Positions 11,423-21,200 of a stretch of DNA of 64,000 nucleotides are shown one piece after another. The stretch lies in the NCBI GenBank assembly GCA_963737655.1, contig CAVTTN010000002.1, positions 256,001 through 320,000 on the forward strand. Reading direction: 5' to 3'. This DNA comes from an uncultured Planctomycetota bacterium. Its GTDB lineage: Bacteria > Planctomycetota > Planctomycetia > Isosphaerales > Isosphaeraceae. The notes under the pieces were generated by a model. That model ran no database searches. It was not told where the DNA came from and worked only from the letters and a program-made list of their open reading frames with translations. The first letter of the stretch is position 1. Every line of letters starts with the position of its first letter. A program made the translations under genes and the position numbers.

Positions 11423-14400
11423 GGATGAAAACGAATTCCTTGACGTTGAAGAGCACGTGGCACAGGTCGGCCCAGGCGGAGGGGTCATCGGCCCGGTCGC
11501 CGAGGAATTCCAGGGCCTCGGCGCGTTCCTCGGCGGTCGGTTTCCTCGCGAACGCCGTCTCGTAGACGTCGTCGAGCCGTTCGGAGGGCGAGCGAGTCCG
11601 ACCGCCCATCGTCTTCTTCGCCCAGAGCTTCGCCTGGGCGGCGACGAACGGGTCGTTCAGCAGGGTCAGGGCCTGCGCCGGGACGTTCGAGACGTTCCGC
11701 CGGCCCATCGTCGAGGCCGGCGCCGGGAAGTCGAACGCCAGGAGCATCGGCGAGAGGAAATTCCGGCGGACGTTGAGGTAGAGGCTCCGGCGACCGTCGC
11801 CGTCGAGCGGCCCCGAGTGCCCGGGTCGGCCGCGGCCGTCCATGAACGGGGTCAGGTGGGGCGCCACGCTCGGCCCGCCGAGCTTCGGGTCGAGCCGGCC
11901 GGAGGCCGAGAGCATCGCGTCGCGGACCGCCTCCGCCTCCAGCCTGCGGACGTTCATCCGATGCCACGATCGATTGCCCGGGTCGAGGCGTTCGCCCTCG
12001 GGATCGAGACGTGAGGACATCTGATAGGCCCGCGAGAGCATGATTTCCCGATGCATGGCCTTCAACGACCAGCCCCGGCGGACGACCTCCGAGGCCAGCC
12101 AGTCCAGGAGCGCCGGGTGGCTCGGCGGCTGGCCCATCAGGCCGAAGTCGTCGGGCGTCTTCACCAGCCCCTCGCCGAAATGCCCCTTCCAGAGCCGGTT
12201 GACGATCACCCGGGGGGTCAGCGGATTCGAGGGGGCCAGCATCCGCCTGGCCAGTTCCAGCCGTCCGCTGCCCGACGCCGGCGCGGGCTGATCGGTCCCG
12301 GCGAGGACTTCGAGGAACCTCCGGGGGGCGACGTCTCCGGGCGTCTTCGAGTTGCCCCGGATCAAAATGCGTTCATCCTGGCCCGTGCCGTCGCAGACCG
12401 CCAGGCCGATCGTCGGCGACGGGATCGCCGCCTCGATCGCCCGGTAACGAGAGAGCAGGGGGGCGACCGTGGCGGGGCTTTCGAGCAGGCCGTTCGCCAT
12501 CATCGAGGCCACCAGGGTCGTCCGCGCCGGCCCGGAAGGCCCGGAGCCGAGCCGGCCGTGATTCCAGTCGGCCAGGGCCGAGGCCATCTCGTCGGCCAGC
12601 GATTCGTCGGTCGTCGAGGGAGCGGGCGGGGGGGGCGGCAGCGGCCCGAAATCGGCGAAGACGATCCGATCCACGGCGAGATATCCATCCCCCGGCAGCA
12701 TCCGCGTCCCCCCGCCGGAGAAGTCGGCCGCCGCGCCGTCGGCGAGTTCGAGGAAGGCGTCGTGGCCGATCCACATCGACACGTCCAGGACGTGCCACGC
12801 CGGCCCCGTCGTGTTCACGGCCCGGGTCAGGCCGCCGTAGATCGGGTCGCGGATCTTCTCGAACCCGTCCACCACGACGTTGATCCGGCCCGACTCGCCC
12901 CAGGCCAGCAAGGCGATGGCCTTCTTCGTGATGCGGAACGTCCGGGATCTCAGGACGCCCTGGAGGCGGTTCGAGACCAGGCCGCTATGCGCCACCCCGG
13001 GCGTCTCGGGGACCACGCCCGAGGCCGAGACCCGCGACGCGCCGACCGGGGAGGGCCCCGGGCCGAACGCCTGGCCGGACACGAACCAGTTGGCATACGT
13101 GGGCCCGTCGAATTCCTCAAAAGCCTCGCCGTTCGGCGTCGCGCCGGGGTCGGTCGACTGGGGCCAGGACCTCGCCCATCGGGTCCATCGCCCGAGCGCC
13201 GGCTCCTCCAGCCCCATCCGCCTCGCCACGGCGGAGACGCGCCTTTCGAGGGAGTCGGGAGGCTCGGCCCGGTCGCTGAAGACCACGTGATCGAGGCTGA
13301 TATTGCCCCAGGGGCCGGGGTCGCGATCCACGACCTCGATCCGCGCCGACCGCCCGCGCCACGGCCTCGCGTCGAAGGCGTGCGGGCTCATCCGGTTGTC
13401 GTCGTGGCCCGTCGCGGAGAGGACGGGCTTGCCGTCGACCACCAGGTTCACGCACGTCTTGCCCGCGTGCGACCCTCCGCCGATCAGGAAGTGAATATAG
13501 TCCTGCTTGATCGGGAATTCGGGGGAGACGAGCGTGCCGGTCAGGTAGTCGCGATCGGTCACGCTGCCGACCACCCGGCCGTTGTGCGAGCCGACCAGCC
13601 CCCGGCCCTTCGAGGCCACGTCCCCCTGATAATCGGGCACGGGCAGGCGGATCGGCCCGGCCCCGAAGGCGGGCCCGTCGGCCTTCCAGCCCTTCTCGGC
13701 GTAGCTCTCCGACTCGAAGTCCTCGAACAGGACGTCGGCCGGGTCGTCGAGCGGGGAGGTCGGCGAGAGGGCCTCTCGCGACGCCTTCAGATAGGCCAGC
13801 GCCCCGGCCTTCGGCAATTTCGGCCTCGTCGCGGAGACGATCTCTCGCTTGAGCGCCTCCAGCTCCGACGCCTTCCCCTCGATCCTCCCGGGAGGGTCGA
13901 GGAACGCATGCTGATATCGGGTGCTGCGGACGAACCCGGCCAGCGAGTAATAGTCCCGCTGGCGGATCGGGTCGAACTTGTGGTCGTGGCAGCGGGCGCA
14001 GGAGACCGTCAGCCCGAGGAACGTCTTGCTCAGGACGTCGATCTCGTTGTCCAGCCTCAAGACCTCGTCGTCGCGGACGTCCACCGGCGAGTGCGTCCCC
14101 TCGCCCAGGAGGTAGAACCCGGTGGCGAGCAGGGATTCGTTCGTGCCGTCCTCGGGATTACGCCGCGGGTTCGGCAGGAGGTCGCCCGCGACCTGTTCGG
14201 TCAGGAATTGATCGTAGGGGAGGTCGGCATTCAGGGCACGGACGACGTAATCCCGATATTTCCAGGCGTCGGGGATCTCGTAGTCGAATTCGTGGCCATA
14301 GGTCTCGGCGAAGCGGACCAGGTCGAGCCAGTGGCGGCCCCAGCGCTCCCCGTAATGGGGCGAGGCGAGGAGGCGATCGACGACCGTCGCGAAGGCGTCG

Positions 14401-15038
14401 GGCGAGTCGTCGGCGAGGAACTGGCGGACCTCCTCGGGCGAGGGCGGCAGGCCGATCAGGTCGAACGTGGCGCGGCGGATCAGGGTGGCCTTGTCGGCCG
14501 GGGGGGCCGGCTTCAGGCCCTTCGCCTCCAGGTCGGCGAGGAGGAATCGGTCGATCGGCCCGAGCGGCCAGGCCCCGTCCTTCACCGTGGGCGGATCGAC
14601 CCGGCGGATCGGCTGGAAGCTCCAGTGCTTGGCCCGTTCCTCCAGGTTGAACGGCTTGACCTTCGGGCCGGAAGCCTCGGCGGGGGGCTTCGCCGCCTCC
14701 TCGGGCCAGGGGGCGCCCCGCTTCACCCAGTCGGTCAGCACGGCGATCTCGGCTTCGGGGAGCTTCGACTTCGGCGGCATCTGGAGGAGGTCGCCATAGT
14801 TGATCGCATCGACGAGAGGGCTTTCGTCGATCTTTCCCGGGACGACGGCCGGGCCGCCCTTTCCCCCCGCGAGCGCCCCGGCTCGGGAATCGAGCCGGAG
14901 GTCCCCCTTCTGCTTCTCGGGGCCGTGGCATTTCTGGCACCGCTCGACCAGGATCGGCCGGACGTTCTTCTCGAAGAATTCGAGGTCTGCCGGGTCGATC
15001 GATCCGATCGAGGCGAGGATCGCGAGCGTGGCCAGCAT
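11418..15038 (-). CDS. Planctomycete cytochrome c / DUF1549 / DUF1553 protein
   Basis: FFEKNVRPIL..CQKCH, HWSFQP, YGERWGRHWLD, CARCHDHKFDP, PSHPALLDWLA, QALTLLN. Confidence 0.9.
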   Translation of the reverse strand: MLATLAILASIGSIDPADLEFFEKNVRPILVERCQKCHGPEKQKGDLRLDSRAGALAGGKGGPAVVPGKIDESPLVDAINYGDLLQMPPKSKLPEAEIAVLTDWVKRGAPWPEEAAKPPAEASGPKVKPFNLEERAKHWSFQPIRRVDPPTVKDGAWPLGPIDRFLLADLEAKGLKPAPPADKATLIRRATFDLIGLPPSPEEVRQFLADDSPDAFATVVDRLLASPHYGERWGRHWLDLVRFAETYGHEFDYEIPDAWKYRDYVVRALNADLPYDQFLTEQVAGDLLPNPRRNPEDGTNESLLATGFYLLGEGTHSPVDVRDDEVLRLDNEIDVLSKTFLGLTVSCARCHDHKFDPIRQRDYYSLAGFVRSTRYQHAFLDPPGRIEGKASELEALKREIVSATRPKLPKAGALAYLKASREALSPTSPLDDPADVLFEDFESESYAEKGWKADGPAFGAGPIRLPVPDYQGDVASKGRGLVGSHNGRVVGSVTDRDYLTGTLVSPEFPIKQDYIHFLIGGGSHAGKTCVNLVVDGKPVLSATGHDDNRMSPHAFDARPWRGRSARIEVVDRDPGPWGNISLDHVVFSDRAEPPDSLERRVSAVARRMGLEEPALGRWTRWARSWPQSTDPGATPNGEAFEEFDGPTYANWFVSGQAFGPGPSPVGASRVSASGVVPETPGVAHSGLVSNRLQGVLRSRTFRITKKAIALLAWGESGRINVVVDGFEKIRDPIYGGLTRAVNTTGPAWHVLDVSMWIGHDAFLELADGAAADFSGGGTRMLPGDGYLAVDRIVFADFGPLPPPPPAPSTTDESLADEMASALADWNHGRLGSGPSGPARTTLVASMMANGLLESPATVAPLLSRYRAIEAAIPSPTIGLAVCDGTGQDERILIRGNSKTPGDVAPRRFLEVLAGTDQPAPASGSGRLELARRMLAPSNPLTPRVIVNRLWKGHFGEGLVKTPDDFGLMGQPPSHPALLDWLASEVVRRGWSLKAMHREIMLSRAYQMSSRLDPEGERLDPGNRSWHRMNVRRLEAEAVRDAMLSASGRLDPKLGGPSVAPHLTPFMDGRGRPGHSGPLDGDGRRSLYLNVRRNFLSPMLLAFDFPAPASTMGRRNVSNVPAQALTLLNDPFVAAQAKLWAKKTMGGRTRSPSERLDDVYETAFARKPTAEERAEALEFLGDRADDPSAWADLCHVLFNVKEFVFIP

Positions 15039-15078
15039 GCCGGGGTCTCCGAGGGTCCGCGTCTCTCTCGATTCGAGT

Positions 15079-15933
15079 TTATCCGAAGACGGCTTCCAAC
15101 GCCCGCCTCATGACGGCCGGGTCCGGCTCGCGGCCGGTCCAGAGGCGAATCCCGATCACGCCCTGATTGACGAGCATGCCGAGCCCGTCGATCGCGACGG
15201 CCCCGCGACGCTCCGCCTCGGCGATCAGGCGGGTCCGCGGAGGGTTCGGGATCACGTCGCAGACGAGCATCCCCGGCCGGATCGAGTCCGCAACGATCGG
15301 CACCTCGGCATCCACGTCCGGGAACAGGCCGATGGAGGTGGCGTTGATCACCAGATCCACATTCTCGGGGATTCGATACATTCCGACCCACGGAACGAAC
15401 TGCGACGCCACGCCGGTCCGCTCGCGGATCGCCGAGGCGAGCGATTCGCCGCGGTCGGCCGAGCGGTTCACGACCGTGATCGAGGCCACGCCGGCCATCG
15501 CCAGCTCGACGCCGATCGCCCTCGCGGCGCCTCCGGCCCCGAGGATCGCCGCGTTCGCGCCTTCCACCTTGCGGACGGCCTGGACCGACTGGAGGAAGCC
15601 CTTGCCGTCGGTGTTGTCGCCGATGGCCCTGCCGTCGCGGAGGATCACGCAGTTGACCGCGCCGATCTTCTCGGCGGCCGGCGAGAGTTCATCCAGGGAT
15701 TCGATCACGGCGACCTTGTGGGGGATCGTGCAATTGAACCCTCGCCAGCCCATCGCCCGGGCGCCCTGGACGGCCGCCTTGAGCCCTTCGGGCCGGACCT
15801 CGACGGTCAGGTATCGCCAGTCGAGGCCCATCGCGGCGAACGCGGGCTCGATCATCGCCTGGGTCGGGTTCTCGGCCACGGGGAAGCCGAACACGCCCAC
15901 GAGCTCTTGCTTGAACGACCGCGAATCGGACAT
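15079..15933 (-). CDS. aroE: Shikimate dehydrogenase family protein
   Basis: GFNCTIPHK, GAVN, NTDGKG, GAGGAARA, NATSIG, DGLGMLVNQG. Confidence 0.88.
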   Translation of the reverse strand: MSDSRSFKQELVGVFGFPVAENPTQAMIEPAFAAMGLDWRYLTVEVRPEGLKAAVQGARAMGWRGFNCTIPHKVAVIESLDELSPAAEKIGAVNCVILRDGRAIGDNTDGKGFLQSVQAVRKVEGANAAILGAGGAARAIGVELAMAGVASITVVNRSADRGESLASAIRERTGVASQFVPWVGMYRIPENVDLVINATSIGLFPDVDAEVPIVADSIRPGMLVCDVIPNPPRTRLIAEAERRGAVAIDGLGMLVNQGVIGIRLWTGREPDPAVMRRALEAVFG

Positions 15934-15948
15934 CGGCGGCGCCTCGGG

Positions 15949-17400
15949 TCAGGCCAGGATCGGCTGGACGACCTGTCCGGCCACGTCGGTCAGCCGATAA
16001 TCGCGGCCGTTGAATCGATACGTCAGCCGGGTGTGGTCGAGGCCCAGGAGGTGAAGCATGGTGGCGTGAAGATCGTTCACGCTGACCCGGCCCTCGATGG
16101 CCTTGTGGCCGAATTCGTCGGTGGCGCCGTGATGGACGCCCCCCTTCACCCCGGCCCCGGCGAGCCAGGTGGTGAAGGCGTGGGGGTTGTGGTCGCGGCC
16201 GGTCCCGCCCTTCTGGACGATCGGCAGCCGGCCGAACTCGCCGTTCCAGACGATCAGGGTCGAGTCGAGCAGGCCGCGCGACTTGAGGTCGGTCAGCAGG
16301 GCGGCGATCGGCCGGTCGGTCTCGGCGGCGAACCCGCCGTGGTTCTTGACGATGTCCTGGTGGCCGTCCCAGGAGCGTTCGTTCTCCATCCCTCCGCTGT
16401 AGATCTGGACGAACCGGACGCCCCGCTCGACCAGCCGCCGGGCCATCAAACACTGCTTGGCATAATGGCCGCATTTCGGGTCGTCGATTCCGTAGAGGGC
16501 CCTGGTCGCGGCGGTCTCCCCGGCGAAGTCGAGCGCCTCGGGCGCGGCCATCTGCATCCGATACGCGAGTTCATACGACTCGATCCGGGCGGCCATCGCG
16601 GCCTCGCCGGGGGATGAGTCTTCGAGGTGGTGCCGGTTCAGCTTGCCGAGCAGGTCGAGCTGCGAGCGTTGTTCGGAATCCGAGAGGCCGCGGGGGCGTT
16701 CGAGGTTGTCGATCGGCGGCCCCTGGCCGTTCAGCGCGGTCCCCTGGAACACGCCCGGCAGGAACCCGGCGCCCCAGTTCTGGGCGTGGCCCTTCGGCAC
16801 GCCTCGGCCCAGGGTGTCGTACATCACGACGAAGGCGGGCAGGTTCTGGTTGTCCGTGCCCAGGCCGTAGGTGACCCACGAGCCGACGCACGGGAAGCCC
16901 ATCCGGCTCATCCCGGTGTTGATCTCGAACAGGGCCGGGGCGTGGTTGTTCGTCTCGGTGAAGCAGCCGTGGAGGAACGCCATTTCGTCCACATGTTTGG
17001 ACATCTCGGGGAAGATCTCCGAGGCCCACGCGCCCGATTGGCCATGCCTCGCGAACTTGAAGGGCGACTTCATCAACGGCCCGACCTGCTCGGTGAAGAA
17101 CCCCGTGTTCTTGTCGAACCCCGGGAGCTCCTGGTCGTGCCGTCGTTCGAGCTCGGGCTTGTAGTCCCACGTATCGACCTGGCTCGGCCCGCCGTTCATG
17201 AACAGCCAGATCACCGACTTCGCCTTCGCCGGGAAGTGCGCGGGGCGGGGCGAGAGCGGGTCCAGGGGCTCGCCCGCGAGCAGCCCGGCGCCGTCGAGCA
17301 GCCCGGCCAGGGCGAGCATGCCCATCCCCGAGCCGGTCCGCCTCAGGAAGTCGCGGCGAGAGGCGAACCGGCGGTGGGCGGAGGCGAAACGATGATCCAT
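15949..17400 (-). CDS. DUF1501 protein
   Basis: SRRDFL Tat signal; FMNGGPSQVDTWDYKP, GEFGRLP, GRDH. Confidence 0.9.
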   Translation of the reverse strand: MDHRFASAHRRFASRRDFLRRTGSGMGMLALAGLLDGAGLLAGEPLDPLSPRPAHFPAKAKSVIWLFMNGGPSQVDTWDYKPELERRHDQELPGFDKNTGFFTEQVGPLMKSPFKFARHGQSGAWASEIFPEMSKHVDEMAFLHGCFTETNNHAPALFEINTGMSRMGFPCVGSWVTYGLGTDNQNLPAFVVMYDTLGRGVPKGHAQNWGAGFLPGVFQGTALNGQGPPIDNLERPRGLSDSEQRSQLDLLGKLNRHHLEDSSPGEAAMAARIESYELAYRMQMAAPEALDFAGETAATRALYGIDDPKCGHYAKQCLMARRLVERGVRFVQIYSGGMENERSWDGHQDIVKNHGGFAAETDRPIAALLTDLKSRGLLDSTLIVWNGEFGRLPIVQKGGTGRDHNPHAFTTWLAGAGVKGGVHHGATDEFGHKAIEGRVSVNDLHATMLHLLGLDHTRLTYRFNGRDYRLTDVAGQVVQPILA

Positions 17401-17431
17401 CGGCGGGGCCTCGCGACCGGGGATTCACGTC

Positions 17432-20400
17432 TTATTCGACGTACAGGAATTCATTCGACGCCATGAGCACCTGGCAGAGGTCGGCCAGCGATCGGATCTC
17501 CGCGTCCTCCTCGCCCGAGGCGGCCCGGGCCGAGGATTGCGCGCCGAGGAAGCCGATCGCGTCGGCCTTCTCGACCGCGTCGGGCTTCCGGCCGAACGCC
17601 AGGAGGTAGGCGCGGTCTACCTGCCCTCCGCGATCGTCGCCGGCCGTCTTCACCCGGTTGGCGAACGCCTCGGCCCAGTCGCGGACGGCCGGGTTGTTCA
17701 TCAGGTAGAGCGATTGCGGGGCCACGGTGGTGGTCCCTCGCGCCGGGAGTCCGGTCAGGCCGTCGGGGGCGTCGAACAGGATCATCATCGGGATCAGCTT
17801 CGACCGCTTGACCGTGAAATAGACGCTCCGGCGGGTCATCCGCTCGTCCAGGGTGCCGGGGCCGAACATCCGGCCGTCGAGCTTGCCCGAGACGAACAGC
17901 ATCGAGTCGCGGATCGCCTCGGCCTCCAGCCTGGTTTTCGGGTGCCTCCAGACGAGGAGGTCGTCGGGGTCGATCGCGGTCTTCGCCGGGTCGTCGGCCG
18001 ACGACTCCGCGTAGGCCGCGCTCATCACGATGAGTTTATGGATCGGCTTGAGCCGCCAGCCCTCGCGGATCAGCTCGGAGGCGAGCCAGTCGAGCAGCTC
18101 GGGATGGGTCGGCGGGGCGCCCTGGCGGCCGAAATCGCTCGGCGTGGCGACGAGGCCGCGGCCCATGTGGTGCTGCCAGAGCCGATTGACGATCACCCGG
18201 GCGAGCAAGGGGCCGGCGCCCGCCTGGTCGTCGGTGATCCAGCTCGCCAGGGCCGTCCGGCGGTAGGACGTCCGCCAGCCCTTCGGCGGGTCGCTCTTCC
18301 AGTGCGATTCGGCGTCGGGCGTGTTCATCAAGACTTGCAGGTATCCCGGCGCGACTTCCTCGGCCTTCTGGTTCGGGTCCCCCCGGCGGAGCAGGTGGGT
18401 CTTCTCGAGGAAGTCGCCGCCCTGGGTGTGGAGCCGGACGGCGGGCAGGCCCTCGGTCGAGATCAGGGCCTTGACCCCGTTCGGCTTCGGCCGGGCCTTC
18501 TCGTGCTCGTCCAGGGCCTCCTTCAAGCCTCGCCATTCCGGGTCGATCGTCCGGTACCAGGCGAGCAACGCGGAGGCCTGATCGGCGGTCCTCTCGGCCG
18601 GGGGTTTCGCGAGGATCGCCGACAGGTTCGCGGGGATGCCGTCGCGGGTCAGGCCGACGGGCCGGGGGGAATCGGTGGCGCTCAGGCGGAACCGGCCGAA
18701 GTTGTGGCCGGCGTTGTTGCGGAAGTCGAGGGTGAAGGTGAGGGTGCAGCCGCCGTCGGGCCGGACGTCCCCGGCGAGCTCGAAGACCGAAGCATGGTCC
18801 TTGCCGAACTGGGGATCGACGGCCCACCCGCTCGTGGGATTCGCGTCGATCGCCGCCGAGATCGGCAATCCGGGCTGCTCGAAATCGGCCTTCGGGTTGA
18901 TCAGCGGGGCCGGTTCGGTCTTGCCGATCCCGTATCGAGGGCCGATCGTCAGGCGAAGGTCGGTCAGCGCGAAATTGCCGTTCGGGGCGCGGCCGGGGCC
19001 GCCGTGGGGCAGGTCGTGATCGCTCAGGGGCTCGACCCGGATGGCCGTGATCGTGGGCAGATCGCTCGCGGCGGTGAGGGTGTAGGTGTCGAACTGGGCG
19101 TTCGGGCCGCCGACCTTGATCGAGCCGTCGGGCTGCTTCGCGAACGTCGCGCCGCCCGTGGATTCGAGCTTCGAGGGGTCGAGGATCACCCAGCGGGGGC
19201 CGTCGGCCGATTTCGGCCGGTTGGCCTCCCACCGGGCCAGCCGCGAGGGCAATTCGTCCTTCTCGAATCTCTCCAACGCCGCCACATAGGGGGCGTGCTC
19301 GGCCTCGTGCTTCGCGACCGCCTTTCGGAACCCGTCGGGGTCGAGGTTCAGGTCGATCTCGCTGCGGACGGTGGTGGTGAACGTGGACACGAATCGATAA
19401 TAATCCCGGGTCGGGATCGGGTCATATTTGTGATCGTGGCAGCGGGCGCAGCCGATCGTCAGGCCGAGGAAGGCGGTCCCGGTGGTGTTGGCGATGTCGT
19501 CGAGCTCGTCGTACCGCTCCTTCTCCACCTGATTGGCCGTGATCTGCGTGCTGTGGACCCCGGCGGCGAGGAACCCGGTGGCCTTCAGCGCCAGGGGGTC
19601 CTCGGGCGCGATCTCGTCCCCGGCGATCTGGAGGCGGGTGAACCGGTCGAACGGCATGTCCTGGTTGAACGCCTCGATCACGAAATCGCGATACGTGTAG
19701 GCGGATGCGCGGTCATAGTCGTGCTCGAACCCGTGACTCTCGGCGAACCGGGCGAGGTCCAGCCAGTGGCGGGCCCAGCGTTCGCCGAATCGAGGGGACG
19801 CGAGCAGGCGATCGACGACCTTTTCCCGGGCCCCGGGCGACGCATCGGCCTCGAACGCCTCGACTTCCTCGGGGGTCGGCGGCACGCCGGTCAGGTCCAG
19901 TGTCAATCGACGGATCAGGATGCGTTTCTCGGCCGGGGGGTTCGGCTTCAGCCCCTTCGCGACGAGTTTTTCGAGCAAGAAACGGTCGATCGGGTTCCGG
20001 GCCCGGGACCCATCGCCGACGATGGGCGGCTCGACCCGCTTCAACGGCTGGAACGCCCAGTGTTTCTTGCCGGCCTCGATGTCGATCGGCTTGGCAACCT
20101 TCGCCGCCGGTCCGGTGCGGGGGTCGGGCGCCCTCGTTTGACCCAGTCGGTCAGGACGGCGATGGTCTGGTCGGGAAGCTTGCCCCTGGGGGGCATCTGG
20201 ACGGCCGGATCGGCGTAGCGGACGGCCTCGATGAGAAGGCTCGCCTCCGGGTCGCCCGGGACGAGGGCCGGTCCGGTGTCCCCGCCCTTCTTCCAGCCCT
20301 CCCGGGTGTCGAGAAAAAGGTTCCCCCGCAGCTTCTTCGCCCCGGCCGAGTGGCACGAGTAGCAATGCTCGACCAGGATCGGCCGGACCTTCGACTCGAA

Positions 20401-20490
20401 GAACGCGAGGTCTTCCGGCGACGGCTCGGAGGCCCAGGCGCTCGAGGAGAGGGCGAGTGCGAGCACGGCGACGACTCGGAATGCCTTCAT
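17432..20490 (-). CDS. Planctomycete cytochrome c / DUF1549 / DUF1553 protein, frameshift near 20130
   Basis: Signal peptide and CYSCH domain (20041-20490 frame) join HWAFQP...CARCHDHKYDP...PTHPELLDWLA (17432 frame). Confidence 0.85.
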
Positions 20491-20629
20491 GAGAGCGGAT
20501 TCCAGGTCGGGGGGAGGGCAGGGGCGGGCACGATCCGAGGGCGGGGCATCCGGAAGTATAGCGGACGACCCGGGACGAGGGAAGCGGCTTTCGGATGTCG
20601 TCCGGGACGGGACCTCGCCCCGCTTCGCC

Positions 20630-21199
20630 TCACGAGCCTCCGGCCAGGGATTCCAGGAGCTTCACGGTCTCCGGCCCGTCCCACTCCATGGAGCCTTCTT
20701 CCCGCTTGACGATCCGGCCGTCCGGGGCGATCAGGAAGGTCACGGGGATGGCGTCGCTCTCGTAGACCTTGGGCGGGGGGCCGGCCGCGTGGAGGATGGT
20801 CAGGGGCAGGCCGTGCCTCTCCTGAAACCCCTTCGGCGCGGCGATCCCGCGATCGATCGAGACGCAGAGGAACGCCACGTTCTTCAGCCTGGGGTTCTCG
20901 GCGAGCCGGGCGATCGAGGGGATTTCCTCGAGGCAGGGCGGGCACCACGTCGCCCAGACGTTCAGGAAGATCGGCCGGCCCTTGAACGCGGAGAGATCGA
21001 CGGGCTTGCCGTCCAGGTCGGTGAGCTTCCACGAGTAATCGGCCGGGCGGAGCGAGGGGACTTGCTGCCGGACCTGGCGGAAGATCAGGAACGAGGCGAG
21101 GAAGGCCAGGGCGACGACGAGCAACATCGTCGCCCCGGAGCTCGCGGGGGCCTTCGGGGGAGTCGGAGGCGGAGGCCCTGGGGTCTCGGGCGAGTCCAT
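20630..21199 (-). CDS. TlpA/ResA thioredoxin-like disulfide reductase
   Basis: N-terminal TM anchor; NVWATWCPPC..EIP. Confidence 0.88.
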   Translation of the reverse strand: MDSPETPGPPPPTPPKAPASSGATMLLVVALAFLASFLIFRQVRQQVPSLRPADYSWKLTDLDGKPVDLSAFKGRPIFLNVWATWCPPCLEEIPSIARLAENPRLKNVAFLCVSIDRGIAAPKGFQERHGLPLTILHAAGPPPKVYESDAIPVTFLIAPDGRIVKREEGSMEWDGPETVKLLESLAGGS

Positions 21200-21200
21200 G

